Assembly (NCBI GenBank): GCA_027067555.1
Contig: JAMOVU010000191.1
Location: 6,750-70,749, forward strand
Direction: 5' to 3'
Length of the DNA: 64,000 nucleotides
From: Candidatus Aminicenantes bacterium
GTDB taxonomy: Bacteria > Acidobacteriota > Aminicenantia > JAMOAD01
Under the pieces are notes generated by a model. The model had not been told where the DNA came from and ran no database searches. It worked only from the letters and a program-made list of their open reading frames with translations. A program made the translations under genes and the position numbers. Positions 1 through 8,949 of this stretch are shown one piece after another. Position 1 is the stretch's first letter, and every line of letters starts with the position of its first letter.

Positions 1-984
1 AAAGAGGTAAAAGTAAGTGTGATCAGAGACAGAGCTTTCAGTGTTTCCTCTCAGAGAATCTCTCAAACAATTTCAAGCGCTATTTCTGAAAGGCCTGTTA
101 CCCGGTTCAGATGGGGAAATAAAGAGGTTGATGTAATCTTTCAATTAAAAAAAGATAAAAACTTCACTTTAAGCAAACTAAAAAATATAACAGTGGAATC
201 CCAGTCAGGCTCATTACCTGTCTATGCTGTTGCAAGGTTCAGAATAGGAAAGGGAGCCCTTTCAATTGTAAAAGAAAACAAAAAGGCAATATTTACTGTT
301 GAAGCGAATACGGACATTCAAGGTATGTACAAAGTGAGAGATCTTGTAAAAAAAGCTATGGCAAATATAAAATTTCCTCCGGGATATAGCTGGAATATGG
401 GAGAGGATTGGAGAAGATTCAGAGAGGCACAGCAGAGCACAAATATGTCTCTTTTTTTAGGGATTTTTCTTATTTATGTTGTTATGGCATCACTTTTTGA
501 ATCATTCTCACAGCCATTTATTATTTTAATAACAGTGCCTCTTGCTCTCTTCGGAGTTGCAATAACCTTTCATCTGACAGGAGTTACCTTTGATAATGCA
601 TCCTCTTTAGGGCTTTTAATATTAATGGGAATAGTCGTAAACAATGGAATTATCCTAATTGATCACACCAATATTCTGCGAAAAAAGGGGAAAGCCCTTA
701 AAGAAGCGGTCGTTCAGGCGGGAAGGGACAGATTAAGGCCAATTCTAATGACAGCTCTTACGACAATTTTCGGACTTTTACCAATGAGTATGCCTCTGAT
801 TTTCCCCGGAGTTTTCGGACCTCCCGAGGGAAGAGCTTCAATGTGGGCGGGAATATCCCTTGTTGTTTTAGGGGGGCTTACAACCTCCACCTTCCTCACT
901 CTCACATTCCTACCATCTTTTTACTATATTTTTGAAACATGGAAGGCGAAGATATTTAAAAAAGCTGAGCAGCAGAACAGCTGA
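1..984 (+). CDS. RND efflux transporter permease, AcrB/AcrD/AcrF family (5' end outside window)
   Basis: Frame is open from base 1. Family motifs FESFSQPFIILITVPLA, GIVVNNGIILID, GRDRLRPILMTALTTIFGLLPM and GGLTTSTFLTL are present, with multiple TM segments. Confidence 0.93.
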   Translation, partial: KEVKVSVIRDRAFSVSSQRISQTISSAISERPVTRFRWGNKEVDVIFQLKKDKNFTLSKLKNITVESQSGSLPVYAVARFRIGKGALSIVKENKKAIFTVEANTDIQGMYKVRDLVKKAMANIKFPPGYSWNMGEDWRRFREAQQSTNMSLFLGIFLIYVVMASLFESFSQPFIILITVPLALFGVAITFHLTGVTFDNASSLGLLILMGIVVNNGIILIDHTNILRKKGKALKEAVVQAGRDRLRPILMTALTTIFGLLPMSMPLIFPGVFGPPEGRASMWAGISLVVLGGLTTSTFLTLTFLPSFYYIFETWKAKIFKKAEQQNS

Positions 985-999
985 ACAGCAGAGCAGCAG
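963..999 (+). repeat. Short octamer tandem repeat (AGCWGARC, about 4.5 copies) across the RND gene stop
   Basis: AGCTGAGC AGCAGAAC AGCTGAAC AGCAGAGC AGCAG read directly from the sequence. Confidence 0.7.
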
Positions 1000-1099
1000 G
1001 AATTAAAATGAAAAATGAAGGAGTATTATGATACGAGTCGAGCAACCTCAAGAGATAAAAAAATGATAAATGAAATTGAATATAAAAATCATAATTTTT

Positions 1100-1315
1100 G
1101 TAGGGGCGGATTCCATATCCGTCCGTTTGGATTTTATATTTATATTTTCGGGCAGAAATTGATTCTGCCCCTACGGTGTTTTCAATTGGATTGTGATGTG
1201 TTGGTTTGTTTGTATGTATCTATGATTTTTCAAACCATTCGTAGGGGCGGATTCCATATCCGTCCGTTTCGGTTTTATATTTATATTTTCGGGCAGAAAT
1301 TGATTCTGCCCCTAC
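1100..1315. repeat. REP doublet (REPIN-like) array, two 75-bp units at 1100-1174 and 1241-1315
   Basis: Each unit is GTAG-GGGCGGA-TTCCATA-TCCGTCC, a 25-nt spacer, then GGGCAGAAATTGATTCTGCCC-CTAC. Period is 141 bp. Confidence 0.92.
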
Positions 1316-1377
1316 TACGGTGTTTTTAAATGAATTGTGATGTATTGGTTTGTTTATATTAATGTATTTTTTTCGTT

Positions 1378-1402
1378 GTAGGGGAAATTCATGAATTACG
1401 CC
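1378..1402. repeat. Second-type degenerate GTAG REP-like palindrome
   Basis: GTAGGGGAAATTCATGAATTACGCC with AATTC-AT-GAATT core. Related copies at about 5261, 5593 and 14352. Confidence 0.6.
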
Positions 1403-1411
1403 AACGCTTGT

Positions 1412-4400
1412 TTATGCAGCCGTAAGTTTTTCAGCTATTTGCTCTGCCTGCTCAAGCACTGTTTCAGTCGCAAGTTTTTGCATATCAGGAGGATAGCCAT
1501 ACTTCCTGAGTGTTCTTTTCACTATTACCCTTAATTTTGCCTTTGCACTTTCCCTGATTGTCCAGTCTATGGAAGCATTCTCTTTAACCTTCTGAAACAA
1601 AACCACAGCCAATTCGCGTAATTTTTCCTTTCCCATTAATTCAACAGCACTCTTATTATTTGCCACTGCAGAATAAAATGCATACTCCTCTTCACTCAAG
1701 CCCATTTCCTCAGGCTCTTTATCGGCTTTTTGTATTTCTTTTGCTACATCAATAAGCTCTTCAATGAATTGAGCAGCGGTAATTATTTTATTGTGATATC
1801 TTTTGATAGCATTTTCCAGCATTTCCATTAAAGAACGACTCTGAACTATATTTTTTCTTGCTCTGCTCTTTATCTCATCATTTAATATTTTTTTCAGAAC
1901 CTCCATTGCGATATTCTTATGTTTCATATTTTTTACTTCAAGTAAAAACTCTTCGGACAAAATCTCAATATTGGGCTTTTTTATCCCGGCAGCATCAAAT
2001 ATATCCACAACCTCATCCGATACCAAAGCTTTGTCTATTACCTGTTTTATTGTTGTCTCCAAATCAACCCTTCCCTCTTTGCCCAGAAAAGATTTTGAAT
2101 CAAATTTCACAAGGCGTGATTTCACAGCCTGAAAAAAAGCCACTTCATCCTTAACCAATAGTGCTTCCTCATGAGGTATTGCAATCGCAAATGCCTTTGA
2201 TAATGCGGTCACCTCATCTATATATCTTTTTTTGCCATTCTCCAGTCCCAGAATATGTTCTTCGGCTTCCAATATTATATTCAGCTTTCTTGATGTATCG
2301 GCTTCAAAGTACTCCCTATAATTAAAGCCGAAAAACATCTGCCTTACAATCTCCAGCTTTTCGCTCATTACCATCACTGCTTCTTCCTGAGCAATGGCAG
2401 GTTTTCCTCTTCCACCGCCATCAGCATAAAAAGATAGTGCCTCTTTCAAATCCGAAGCTATTCCCAAATAATCCACAATAAGCCCGGCCGGTTTGTCCTT
2501 GTAAACTCTATTTACCCTTGCTATAGCCTGCATCAGGGTGTGGCCCCTCATCGGTTTGTCTATATACATTGTATGCAAAGATGGCACATCAAACCCTGTA
2601 AGCCACATGTCCCTTACAATCACAAGTTTTAATTCATTCTCCGGATCTTTCATTCTGTCAGCAAGTCTTCTCCTTTGCTCTTTTGTCGTATGATATTTTG
2701 CCATCTTAGGGCCATCCGAAGATGCTGCTGTCATCACAACTTTTATAAATCCTTTGTCCAAATCATCACTATGCCACTCGGGCCTGATTTTAATTATTTC
2801 CTCATACAAATCCACAGCTATCCTTCGGGACATTGCCACAATCATGCCTTTACCATCCATCACTGACAATCTTTCCTCAAAATGCAAAACTATATCCTCA
2901 GCTATTCTTTTTATCCTATCCTTACTTCCTATCAATGCTTCCAATCTGGTCCACTTTACCTTTGCTCTCTCCGTATCAGCAAGCTCCATCCTTGCAAGAT
3001 CCTCGTCCAATTCTTTTATTAATTTTTTCCCTTCCTCCGATATTCCCACCTTTGCGAGCCTGCTCTCATAATAGATAGGCACAGTCATTTTATCCTCTAC
3101 GGATTTTGAAATATCATATACATCTATATAATTCCCAAAAACAGCCGGTGTGTTCTTATCATCTTTTTCAATCGGAGTTCCGGTAAATCCTATATATGTA
3201 GCATTTGGCAGGGCATCTCTCATATACTTTGCAAAACCATACTTGATTTCACCTGTTTCCCTATCCACTTTGCCTTTGAAACCATACTGTGTTCTGTGTG
3301 CCTCATCAGCTATTACAACAATATTACTTCTATCTGATAATTTTTCATAAACATTCCCTTCCTCAGGATGAAATTTCTGAATTGTTGTGAAAACTATACC
3401 CCCTGAAGCAACTTTCAAAAGGTCTTTCAATTCTTTCCTTGTCTGCGCCTGTCTGGGCTCCTGCCTCAAAAGTTCTTTTGAAGAAACAAAGGTTTCAAAC
3501 AATTGATCATCCAGATCATTTCTATCGGTAATTACAACAATAGTCGGATTATTCAATAATTGAATAATCTTTGCAGTGTAAAAAACCATGGAGAGAGATT
3601 TTCCGCTCCCCTGAGTATGCCAGATAACACCTGCCTTTTTGTCTCCCACCGGTTGTTCAAAGGTGCTCCTTAATCCGTAAATTTCAGGATCTATTTTTAC
3701 AAAATCATATCCCCCTCTATTGATTGCACTTGCCCTTAAAGTTTCTCTTACGGCTTTGTTGACAGCATAGTACTGGTGATAAGCGGCAATCTTTTTATCC
3801 AATTTTATTGTAATTTGCTTTGTTTTTTCATCCTCTCTGGAAGATCTGTTAAATACAATAAAATACCTCAAAAAATCAATCAATGTGGTTTTATTTAACA
3901 AACCTTTAATTAGTATCTCCATTTGATTTACAAGAGGGGAGGATTCTGCAATACCATCGGAAGATTTCCATGCCATAAATCTGTCCCATCCGGCGGACAG
4001 ACTTCCAACTTTTGCATCAAGTCCATCCGATATGATAATCATTTCATTAAAAACAAATAATGAAGGAATAGTTGCTTTGTATGTTTGAATCTGCCTGAAA
4101 GCAGACATTAATGTAGCATTTTCATCCGCAGGATTTTTCAGTTCAAATACACCAATGGGGATTCCATTTATGAATAAAACTATATCAGGCCTTTTATTTA
4201 CACCATTTTCTATCACAGTGAATTGATTTACAGCAATAAATTCATTATTTTCGGGTTTTTCAAAATCAACAAGCCATACAATATCCCCCCTTTCTTCTCC
4301 ATCCTTTCTATAAACAACCTTTACCCCTTCTGTTAACAAGCGGTGAAAATTCTCATTGTTAACCAGAAGATCGGGGGAATTAGCCCTTTGCAATTGCCTT

Positions 4401-4627
4401 AATACATCATTTATGGTGTTTTCGGGTATATCAGAATTTATTCTACGAATAGATCGAATCAATACATCATAGAGTAAGACAGTATCATAAGTATTGCGTT
4501 TTTTTACAATAGTGTTTGAGACATCCGAGTCAGGAGCAATATCAGGACCGAAAACATAATCCCATCCGAGAGATTTAAGGAGTTTTATTGCAAAATTTTC
4601 GATATCGTTTTCAATTATTTTTGACAT
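1412..4627 (-). CDS. hsdR: Type I restriction enzyme, R subunit
   Basis: Nuclease motif RPDIVLFINGIPIGVFELK, Walker A WHTQGSGKS, DEAH box, VRDMWLTGFD and QAIARVNR; 1071 aa. Confidence 0.97.
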   Translation of the reverse strand: MSKIIENDIENFAIKLLKSLGWDYVFGPDIAPDSDVSNTIVKKRNTYDTVLLYDVLIRSIRRINSDIPENTINDVLRQLQRANSPDLLVNNENFHRLLTEGVKVVYRKDGEERGDIVWLVDFEKPENNEFIAVNQFTVIENGVNKRPDIVLFINGIPIGVFELKNPADENATLMSAFRQIQTYKATIPSLFVFNEMIIISDGLDAKVGSLSAGWDRFMAWKSSDGIAESSPLVNQMEILIKGLLNKTTLIDFLRYFIVFNRSSREDEKTKQITIKLDKKIAAYHQYYAVNKAVRETLRASAINRGGYDFVKIDPEIYGLRSTFEQPVGDKKAGVIWHTQGSGKSLSMVFYTAKIIQLLNNPTIVVITDRNDLDDQLFETFVSSKELLRQEPRQAQTRKELKDLLKVASGGIVFTTIQKFHPEEGNVYEKLSDRSNIVVIADEAHRTQYGFKGKVDRETGEIKYGFAKYMRDALPNATYIGFTGTPIEKDDKNTPAVFGNYIDVYDISKSVEDKMTVPIYYESRLAKVGISEEGKKLIKELDEDLARMELADTERAKVKWTRLEALIGSKDRIKRIAEDIVLHFEERLSVMDGKGMIVAMSRRIAVDLYEEIIKIRPEWHSDDLDKGFIKVVMTAASSDGPKMAKYHTTKEQRRRLADRMKDPENELKLVIVRDMWLTGFDVPSLHTMYIDKPMRGHTLMQAIARVNRVYKDKPAGLIVDYLGIASDLKEALSFYADGGGRGKPAIAQEEAVMVMSEKLEIVRQMFFGFNYREYFEADTSRKLNIILEAEEHILGLENGKKRYIDEVTALSKAFAIAIPHEEALLVKDEVAFFQAVKSRLVKFDSKSFLGKEGRVDLETTIKQVIDKALVSDEVVDIFDAAGIKKPNIEILSEEFLLEVKNMKHKNIAMEVLKKILNDEIKSRARKNIVQSRSLMEMLENAIKRYHNKIITAAQFIEELIDVAKEIQKADKEPEEMGLSEEEYAFYSAVANNKSAVELMGKEKLRELAVVLFQKVKENASIDWTIRESAKAKLRVIVKRTLRKYGYPPDMQKLATETVLEQAEQIAEKLTAA

Positions 4628-5213
4628 AGTATTTGTCTTCCTCCCATTTTAAAGGGTTGCTAATAATGTATTCTGCGATTTTCAAATAATCCTTTTCATC
4701 CCTAATAATATGTTCATAATAATTGCGCTGCCAGATTCTTTTTTTAAATGGAGGTAAAAGGTTTTGTTTTACCATTTTTATATATTCAACCGTGGTATAT
4801 CGTTTAAATGTTTGCACGATTTTGGGCAATGATACCTTCTCGATTATTTTACCTTTCGGAGGGATGGATTCCATATCCAACCGTTTTGTTTTTATATTTA
4901 TATTCCGGGCAGAAATTGATTCTGCCCCTACGGATAATTCGATAATTTCTACAATGGCATGAAAATGGTTGGGCATTATTATATATTCATGCAATCTTGC
5001 ATTTGGAAAAATTTTCGGTATTTTCAACCAAATTTTTTCTATCATCTTTCCCGCATCATTCAAAATTATTTTATTTTCAACAATTTTACCAAACAATTCA
5101 ATCCTGCCTTGTGTACATATTGTAATATAATATAAACCCGATTGCGAATAATCATAATTTTTTAATCGGATGGAATGGCGGCGGGGGAGAGGGCGATTGT
5201 GTTTTCTGGTCAT
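4611..5213 (-). CDS. REP-associated tyrosine transposase (RAYT/TnpAREP, IS200-like HUH Y1)
   Basis: RHSIRLKNYDYSQSGLYYITICT, HUH motif MPNHFHAI, WQRNYYEHIIR and catalytic Tyr in YIISNP. Start placed at ATG 5213 (GAGGT SD) rather than 5306. Confidence 0.93.
   Translation of the reverse strand: MTRKHNRPLPRRHSIRLKNYDYSQSGLYYITICTQGRIELFGKIVENKIILNDAGKMIEKIWLKIPKIFPNARLHEYIIMPNHFHAIVEIIELSVGAESISARNINIKTKRLDMESIPPKGKIIEKVSLPKIVQTFKRYTTVEYIKMVKQNLLPPFKKRIWQRNYYEHIIRDEKDYLKIAEYIISNPLKWEEDKYYVKNN
4858..4931. repeat. REP doublet inside the RAYT coding sequence (74 bp)
   Basis: GGAGGGATGGATTCCATATCCAACC...GGGCAGAAATTGATTCTGCCCCTAC, translated as VGAESISARNINIKTKRLDMESIPP. Confidence 0.88.
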
Positions 5214-5323
5214 GGGAATACCTCGTTTTTGATTATTCTTTGTTTTTCCAATTTTTGCATGGGTAATTTCTGAATTACCTGTATAAAACATTTTGATTTT
5301 TTCCATGATTTTTCAAACCATTC

Positions 5324-5539
5324 GTAGGGGCGGATTCCATATCCGACCGTTTGGGTTCCATGTTCACATTTTCGGGCAGAAATGGATTCTGCCCCTACGG
5401 TGTTTTTAAATGGATTGTGATGGGATGGTTTGTTTGTATGTAACCATGATTTTTCAAACCATTCGTAGGGGCGGATTCCATATCCGCCCATTTGGGTTTT
5501 ATATTTATATTTTAGGGCAGAAATGGATTCTGCCCCTAC
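5324..5539. repeat. REP doublet array, units at 5324-5398 and 5465-5539
   Basis: Same 25+25+25 architecture, 66-nt linker and orientation as 1100-1315. Confidence 0.92.
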
Positions 5540-5730
5540 GGGGTTTTTAAATAAATTGTGATGTGTTGGTTTGTTTGTTTTGTTGTTATGACAGGGTAAT
5601 TTCTTATAATTGGGTGGTTTGGGAATTGCCCTTATGGATTGGGCATTTATTATTCTTAAAAGATAAATTTTATCAATTATATTGAAATTAAAACCGTCAT
5701 TATAATATACAAACATAAAATCAAAAACTT

Positions 5731-7932
5731 TCACAAATTCCCCTTTATCTTCTCAATTTCGTATTTTAAAAAAAGATGCGGTCTTTTATTTATCAAGCTA
5801 ATAACTTCTTTTATTAATTTTTCATCATTACTTATTTCTTCTAAATTAATTTCATTTTTTATTTTTTCTATTGCTGATTTTGGAATGCCATATTCTAATA
5901 ATACAGATAATTTTTCAGGAACAAAATCATTTTCTAATAATGTTGCATAATAAGCATAGTCTCCTGCTTCCAAATTTTTCTTTTCACAAACAAATTTTTG
6001 AATATTATTGACGACATTTAACCATTTGGGAACCTTAAATTGAAACCAATGTCTGAAAATATTAAAAACATCTCTTATAGCTTCATTAAACAACTCATTG
6101 TCATTATATTTTGAGAAATAATTTTTTTCTTTATAGTATGTATAATTTGATTTTATTAAAAAAAGAATATCCTTATTAACAGTATAATCAAAAGTTACTT
6201 TTATTAGACGTTTTTTAGTCATGGGTCTAGTAGTTTCTCCTGATCTAAGTAAATTATCCCATGATAATTCTATCAAATAGCTTAGCTGTTGATAGTTTGG
6301 TATCCCATTCCAAGTTATTAAATTTTGTTTTCTCTTAATATCTTTATATAACTGTTCCAAAATCCTTTTCTGTCCCCAAACAGAAACACCGTTTTTCCTG
6401 AATAACTCTCTTTCGTCGTCAGTTAACTCACTCAATTTTTTATATTGCTCAGTATTTTTTACGATATCTTTTACATCATTTTTATGTAATGTTATTAATA
6501 CTTCATCTTCAATAGGTTTTTGCTGATAAAAAGGTATATCGATAATTAATTTTTCTTTTTTAGGTGGCGGGTTAAAATTATATATTTTCCCAATATAGTG
6601 GATCATAAAACGTCCAGCTCTGCCTTTAATATTAGAGTAATCAAAAAAATCAATAGATTTTCTATTCCCTTTGGTGTTATCAAAAAAAACGATATTTTTG
6701 GCGCTTGTATTTACACCTTCAATTAAAGTAGTAGTACAGAATAAATATTTTAGTCTTCCTTCATTAAAATAATCTACAATTGAAGAATTAATATGTTTAA
6801 TTAGTGCACCATCATTTATGCCAATACTATATTCTAAAATTTCTATTAGATTCCAATTAGTATGTACATTTTCTTTTATCCATTCAATTAATGGCAACTC
6901 ATGATCTATCTTCTTTTCTACTTCATTATTTTTTAAATAATTACAAAACTTCCATGCCAAATCTCTTACTTTTTTAGGAGAAGAACAATAAATAATAAAT
7001 TGTTCTTTTTCAGTATTCAATAACTCAAATAACACATGTTCTTTATATTGTTTCTTTTCCCCACGACTACCAAACTTTTTTTTATGTTCCAAATAGACAT
7101 CTATTATTTTTGATTCAACTAATTTGTAATCAGTTTTGTAAAATACAGCATTGTATTTTTGTGCAAAACCTTCAGAAATCCCATCTATATTTGGACCTAA
7201 TAAATAAAATTTTGGATTGTACTTTTTTAGTAATTTGTAAAATGCATTATTTAAAATATAGGCTCGCTCATCATCTCGTTTTTGGCTTAATTTATAGAAC
7301 TCATCTATAATAAGAAAATCTATTGGTGGTAAATTGGGATATTCCATTACTCGTTCCGCAGTTAATAAAAACAAATTACCTTTATCAGTAGCAGGTTCTT
7401 GTGTTGTTTTGACAATAATTTTATATCTTTCCTTGTATCTTTTTAGTTTTTTTCTAGTCTCATCCAACAAAGCTAAAGTTGGTTGTATTACCACTATATT
7501 CTTATATTTTCCGCTTGCAACAATCTCTTCGATTAATAAACTTTTGCCAAAGCTTGTAGGAGCACTAACTATTAAATTTTTATCACTTTCCAAAATATAT
7601 TTGAGTATTTTTTGCTCTTCATGAAGATAGATATTCTCTAAATTTTCTGATAAATGAAACTCCTTTCTTATTTTTCCATCTATTGTAGATGGTTCACCTC
7701 TTTCTTTTTTTAAATATGGATAAAAACCTGCCATTTCTACTATGTCAAACCAAATATCCTTAGTATGTTCAGGGATTTTTTTGAAGTTCTCTAAAATATA
7801 AATGAGTAATCTGTGACCTAAGTTTTCATTATTTCGTAATTCATTAGCACAAATTTTGGCATAGCTAAAACTTTCATCAACAGATATCGAATCTTTGCTC
7901 TCTATATTTTTTATTATCGCTTCTATATTCAT
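5731..7932 (-). CDS. hamB: Hachiman anti-phage SF2 (Ski2-like) helicase HamB
   Basis: APTSFGKS, DEFY box, TTTLIEGVNTSA and NIKGRAGR; directly follows a DUF1837-like gene. Confidence 0.85.
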   Translation of the reverse strand: MNIEAIIKNIESKDSISVDESFSYAKICANELRNNENLGHRLLIYILENFKKIPEHTKDIWFDIVEMAGFYPYLKKERGEPSTIDGKIRKEFHLSENLENIYLHEEQKILKYILESDKNLIVSAPTSFGKSLLIEEIVASGKYKNIVVIQPTLALLDETRKKLKRYKERYKIIVKTTQEPATDKGNLFLLTAERVMEYPNLPPIDFLIIDEFYKLSQKRDDERAYILNNAFYKLLKKYNPKFYLLGPNIDGISEGFAQKYNAVFYKTDYKLVESKIIDVYLEHKKKFGSRGEKKQYKEHVLFELLNTEKEQFIIYCSSPKKVRDLAWKFCNYLKNNEVEKKIDHELPLIEWIKENVHTNWNLIEILEYSIGINDGALIKHINSSIVDYFNEGRLKYLFCTTTLIEGVNTSAKNIVFFDNTKGNRKSIDFFDYSNIKGRAGRFMIHYIGKIYNFNPPPKKEKLIIDIPFYQQKPIEDEVLITLHKNDVKDIVKNTEQYKKLSELTDDERELFRKNGVSVWGQKRILEQLYKDIKRKQNLITWNGIPNYQQLSYLIELSWDNLLRSGETTRPMTKKRLIKVTFDYTVNKDILFLIKSNYTYYKEKNYFSKYNDNELFNEAIRDVFNIFRHWFQFKVPKWLNVVNNIQKFVCEKKNLEAGDYAYYATLLENDFVPEKLSVLLEYGIPKSAIEKIKNEINLEEISNDEKLIKEVISLINKRPHLFLKYEIEKIKGNL

Positions 7933-8949
7933 TTATATCCCTTGAATCTTTGAAAGTTTCCTATGCAATTCTTTCACTAATTCGCTTTTATTAGGAACGG
8001 GGAAAAGCATTACAATAACATTTAAATCAGAATGAATAGGTTCTCCTGAATTTTTATATTTCTTTTGTAACTCTTTAAACTTATTATAGAATATTTCTTT
8101 AAGATACCTTATTTCTCTTTCATATTCTCTAATAAATTCTTCATTTTCATCATTTGTATGGTTTGAAAAGACTTCAGATGTATATGTACACAACAGAGGT
8201 ATTGTTACAGATGAAAACAAATCTTGTAATTTACCATTTTGATTTGCAACTCTGTCCAATTCATCAAACCAATATTCTTTTTGTCTTAAAAATTCTTCAT
8301 ACTGATCTTTTGTATTTAAGTCGATATACTCTTCAAGTTTCAAAAAAGCGTTTTTTTTCTTCCCAATTAGCATAAACTCTCTTTTTAAGAAATCTTTTGT
8401 AAAATGTTCTTCAATATCATTTAATAACGCTTCTACCCCTTTTTTACCGTCTTTATATAACTTAGATTCACCAAGATAAATTGAACTACAGTCAGATTTC
8501 CTTAAATTAGGTCCAATATGAATTGCATCAAAACCATGCACTGTTATACCATCAGAATCCTTAAAGTATATTTTTGATACCAAAGGAACTGTATTAATAA
8601 AATCTCGCAAGATAAGATGTAATATCAATTCACCAAACTCACCTCGTTTTAGATATTTTTCCTGAATATCATCTTCGTACTCACCATTATTTTCTAAATA
8701 TGTTTTTTTTGATTGTTTAAAAACCTCTATTTTATATAGAGATTGAGCCGCCTCTTTTAATATTTTTCTTGTATAAGTCTGTTTTATACCCTCATGAAAT
8801 CCAAAAACAAAATCCACTAAAACATCCATCAATATATTTAATAAATCATCAAGTCTATATTTACCAAAATCGAAACCAACAAAATACGCTCTAAGATCTG
8901 CTTCTGATATATGCTCGGTAATAACTTCTTCAGAACCAAAAACACTCAT
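7933..8949 (-). CDS. hamA: Hachiman nuclease HamA (DUF1837-like, PD-(D/E)xK)
   Basis: GEFGELILHLILRDF, SKIYFKDS, HGFDAIH and YLGESKLY; abuts the helicase gene. Confidence 0.85.
   Translation of the reverse strand: MSVFGSEEVITEHISEADLRAYFVGFDFGKYRLDDLLNILMDVLVDFVFGFHEGIKQTYTRKILKEAAQSLYKIEVFKQSKKTYLENNGEYEDDIQEKYLKRGEFGELILHLILRDFINTVPLVSKIYFKDSDGITVHGFDAIHIGPNLRKSDCSSIYLGESKLYKDGKKGVEALLNDIEEHFTKDFLKREFMLIGKKKNAFLKLEEYIDLNTKDQYEEFLRQKEYWFDELDRVANQNGKLQDLFSSVTIPLLCTYTSEVFSNHTNDENEEFIREYEREIRYLKEIFYNKFKELQKKYKNSGEPIHSDLNVIVMLFPVPNKSELVKELHRKLSKIQGI

Noticed and set aside
1015..1329. 104-aa plus-strand ORF
   Set aside because: It is mostly translated REP array on the strand opposite the operon, with no recognisable protein features.
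5214..5306. N-terminal extension of the RAYT given by the ORF track
   Set aside because: It begins in the REP linker; family similarity and the SD point to ATG 5213.
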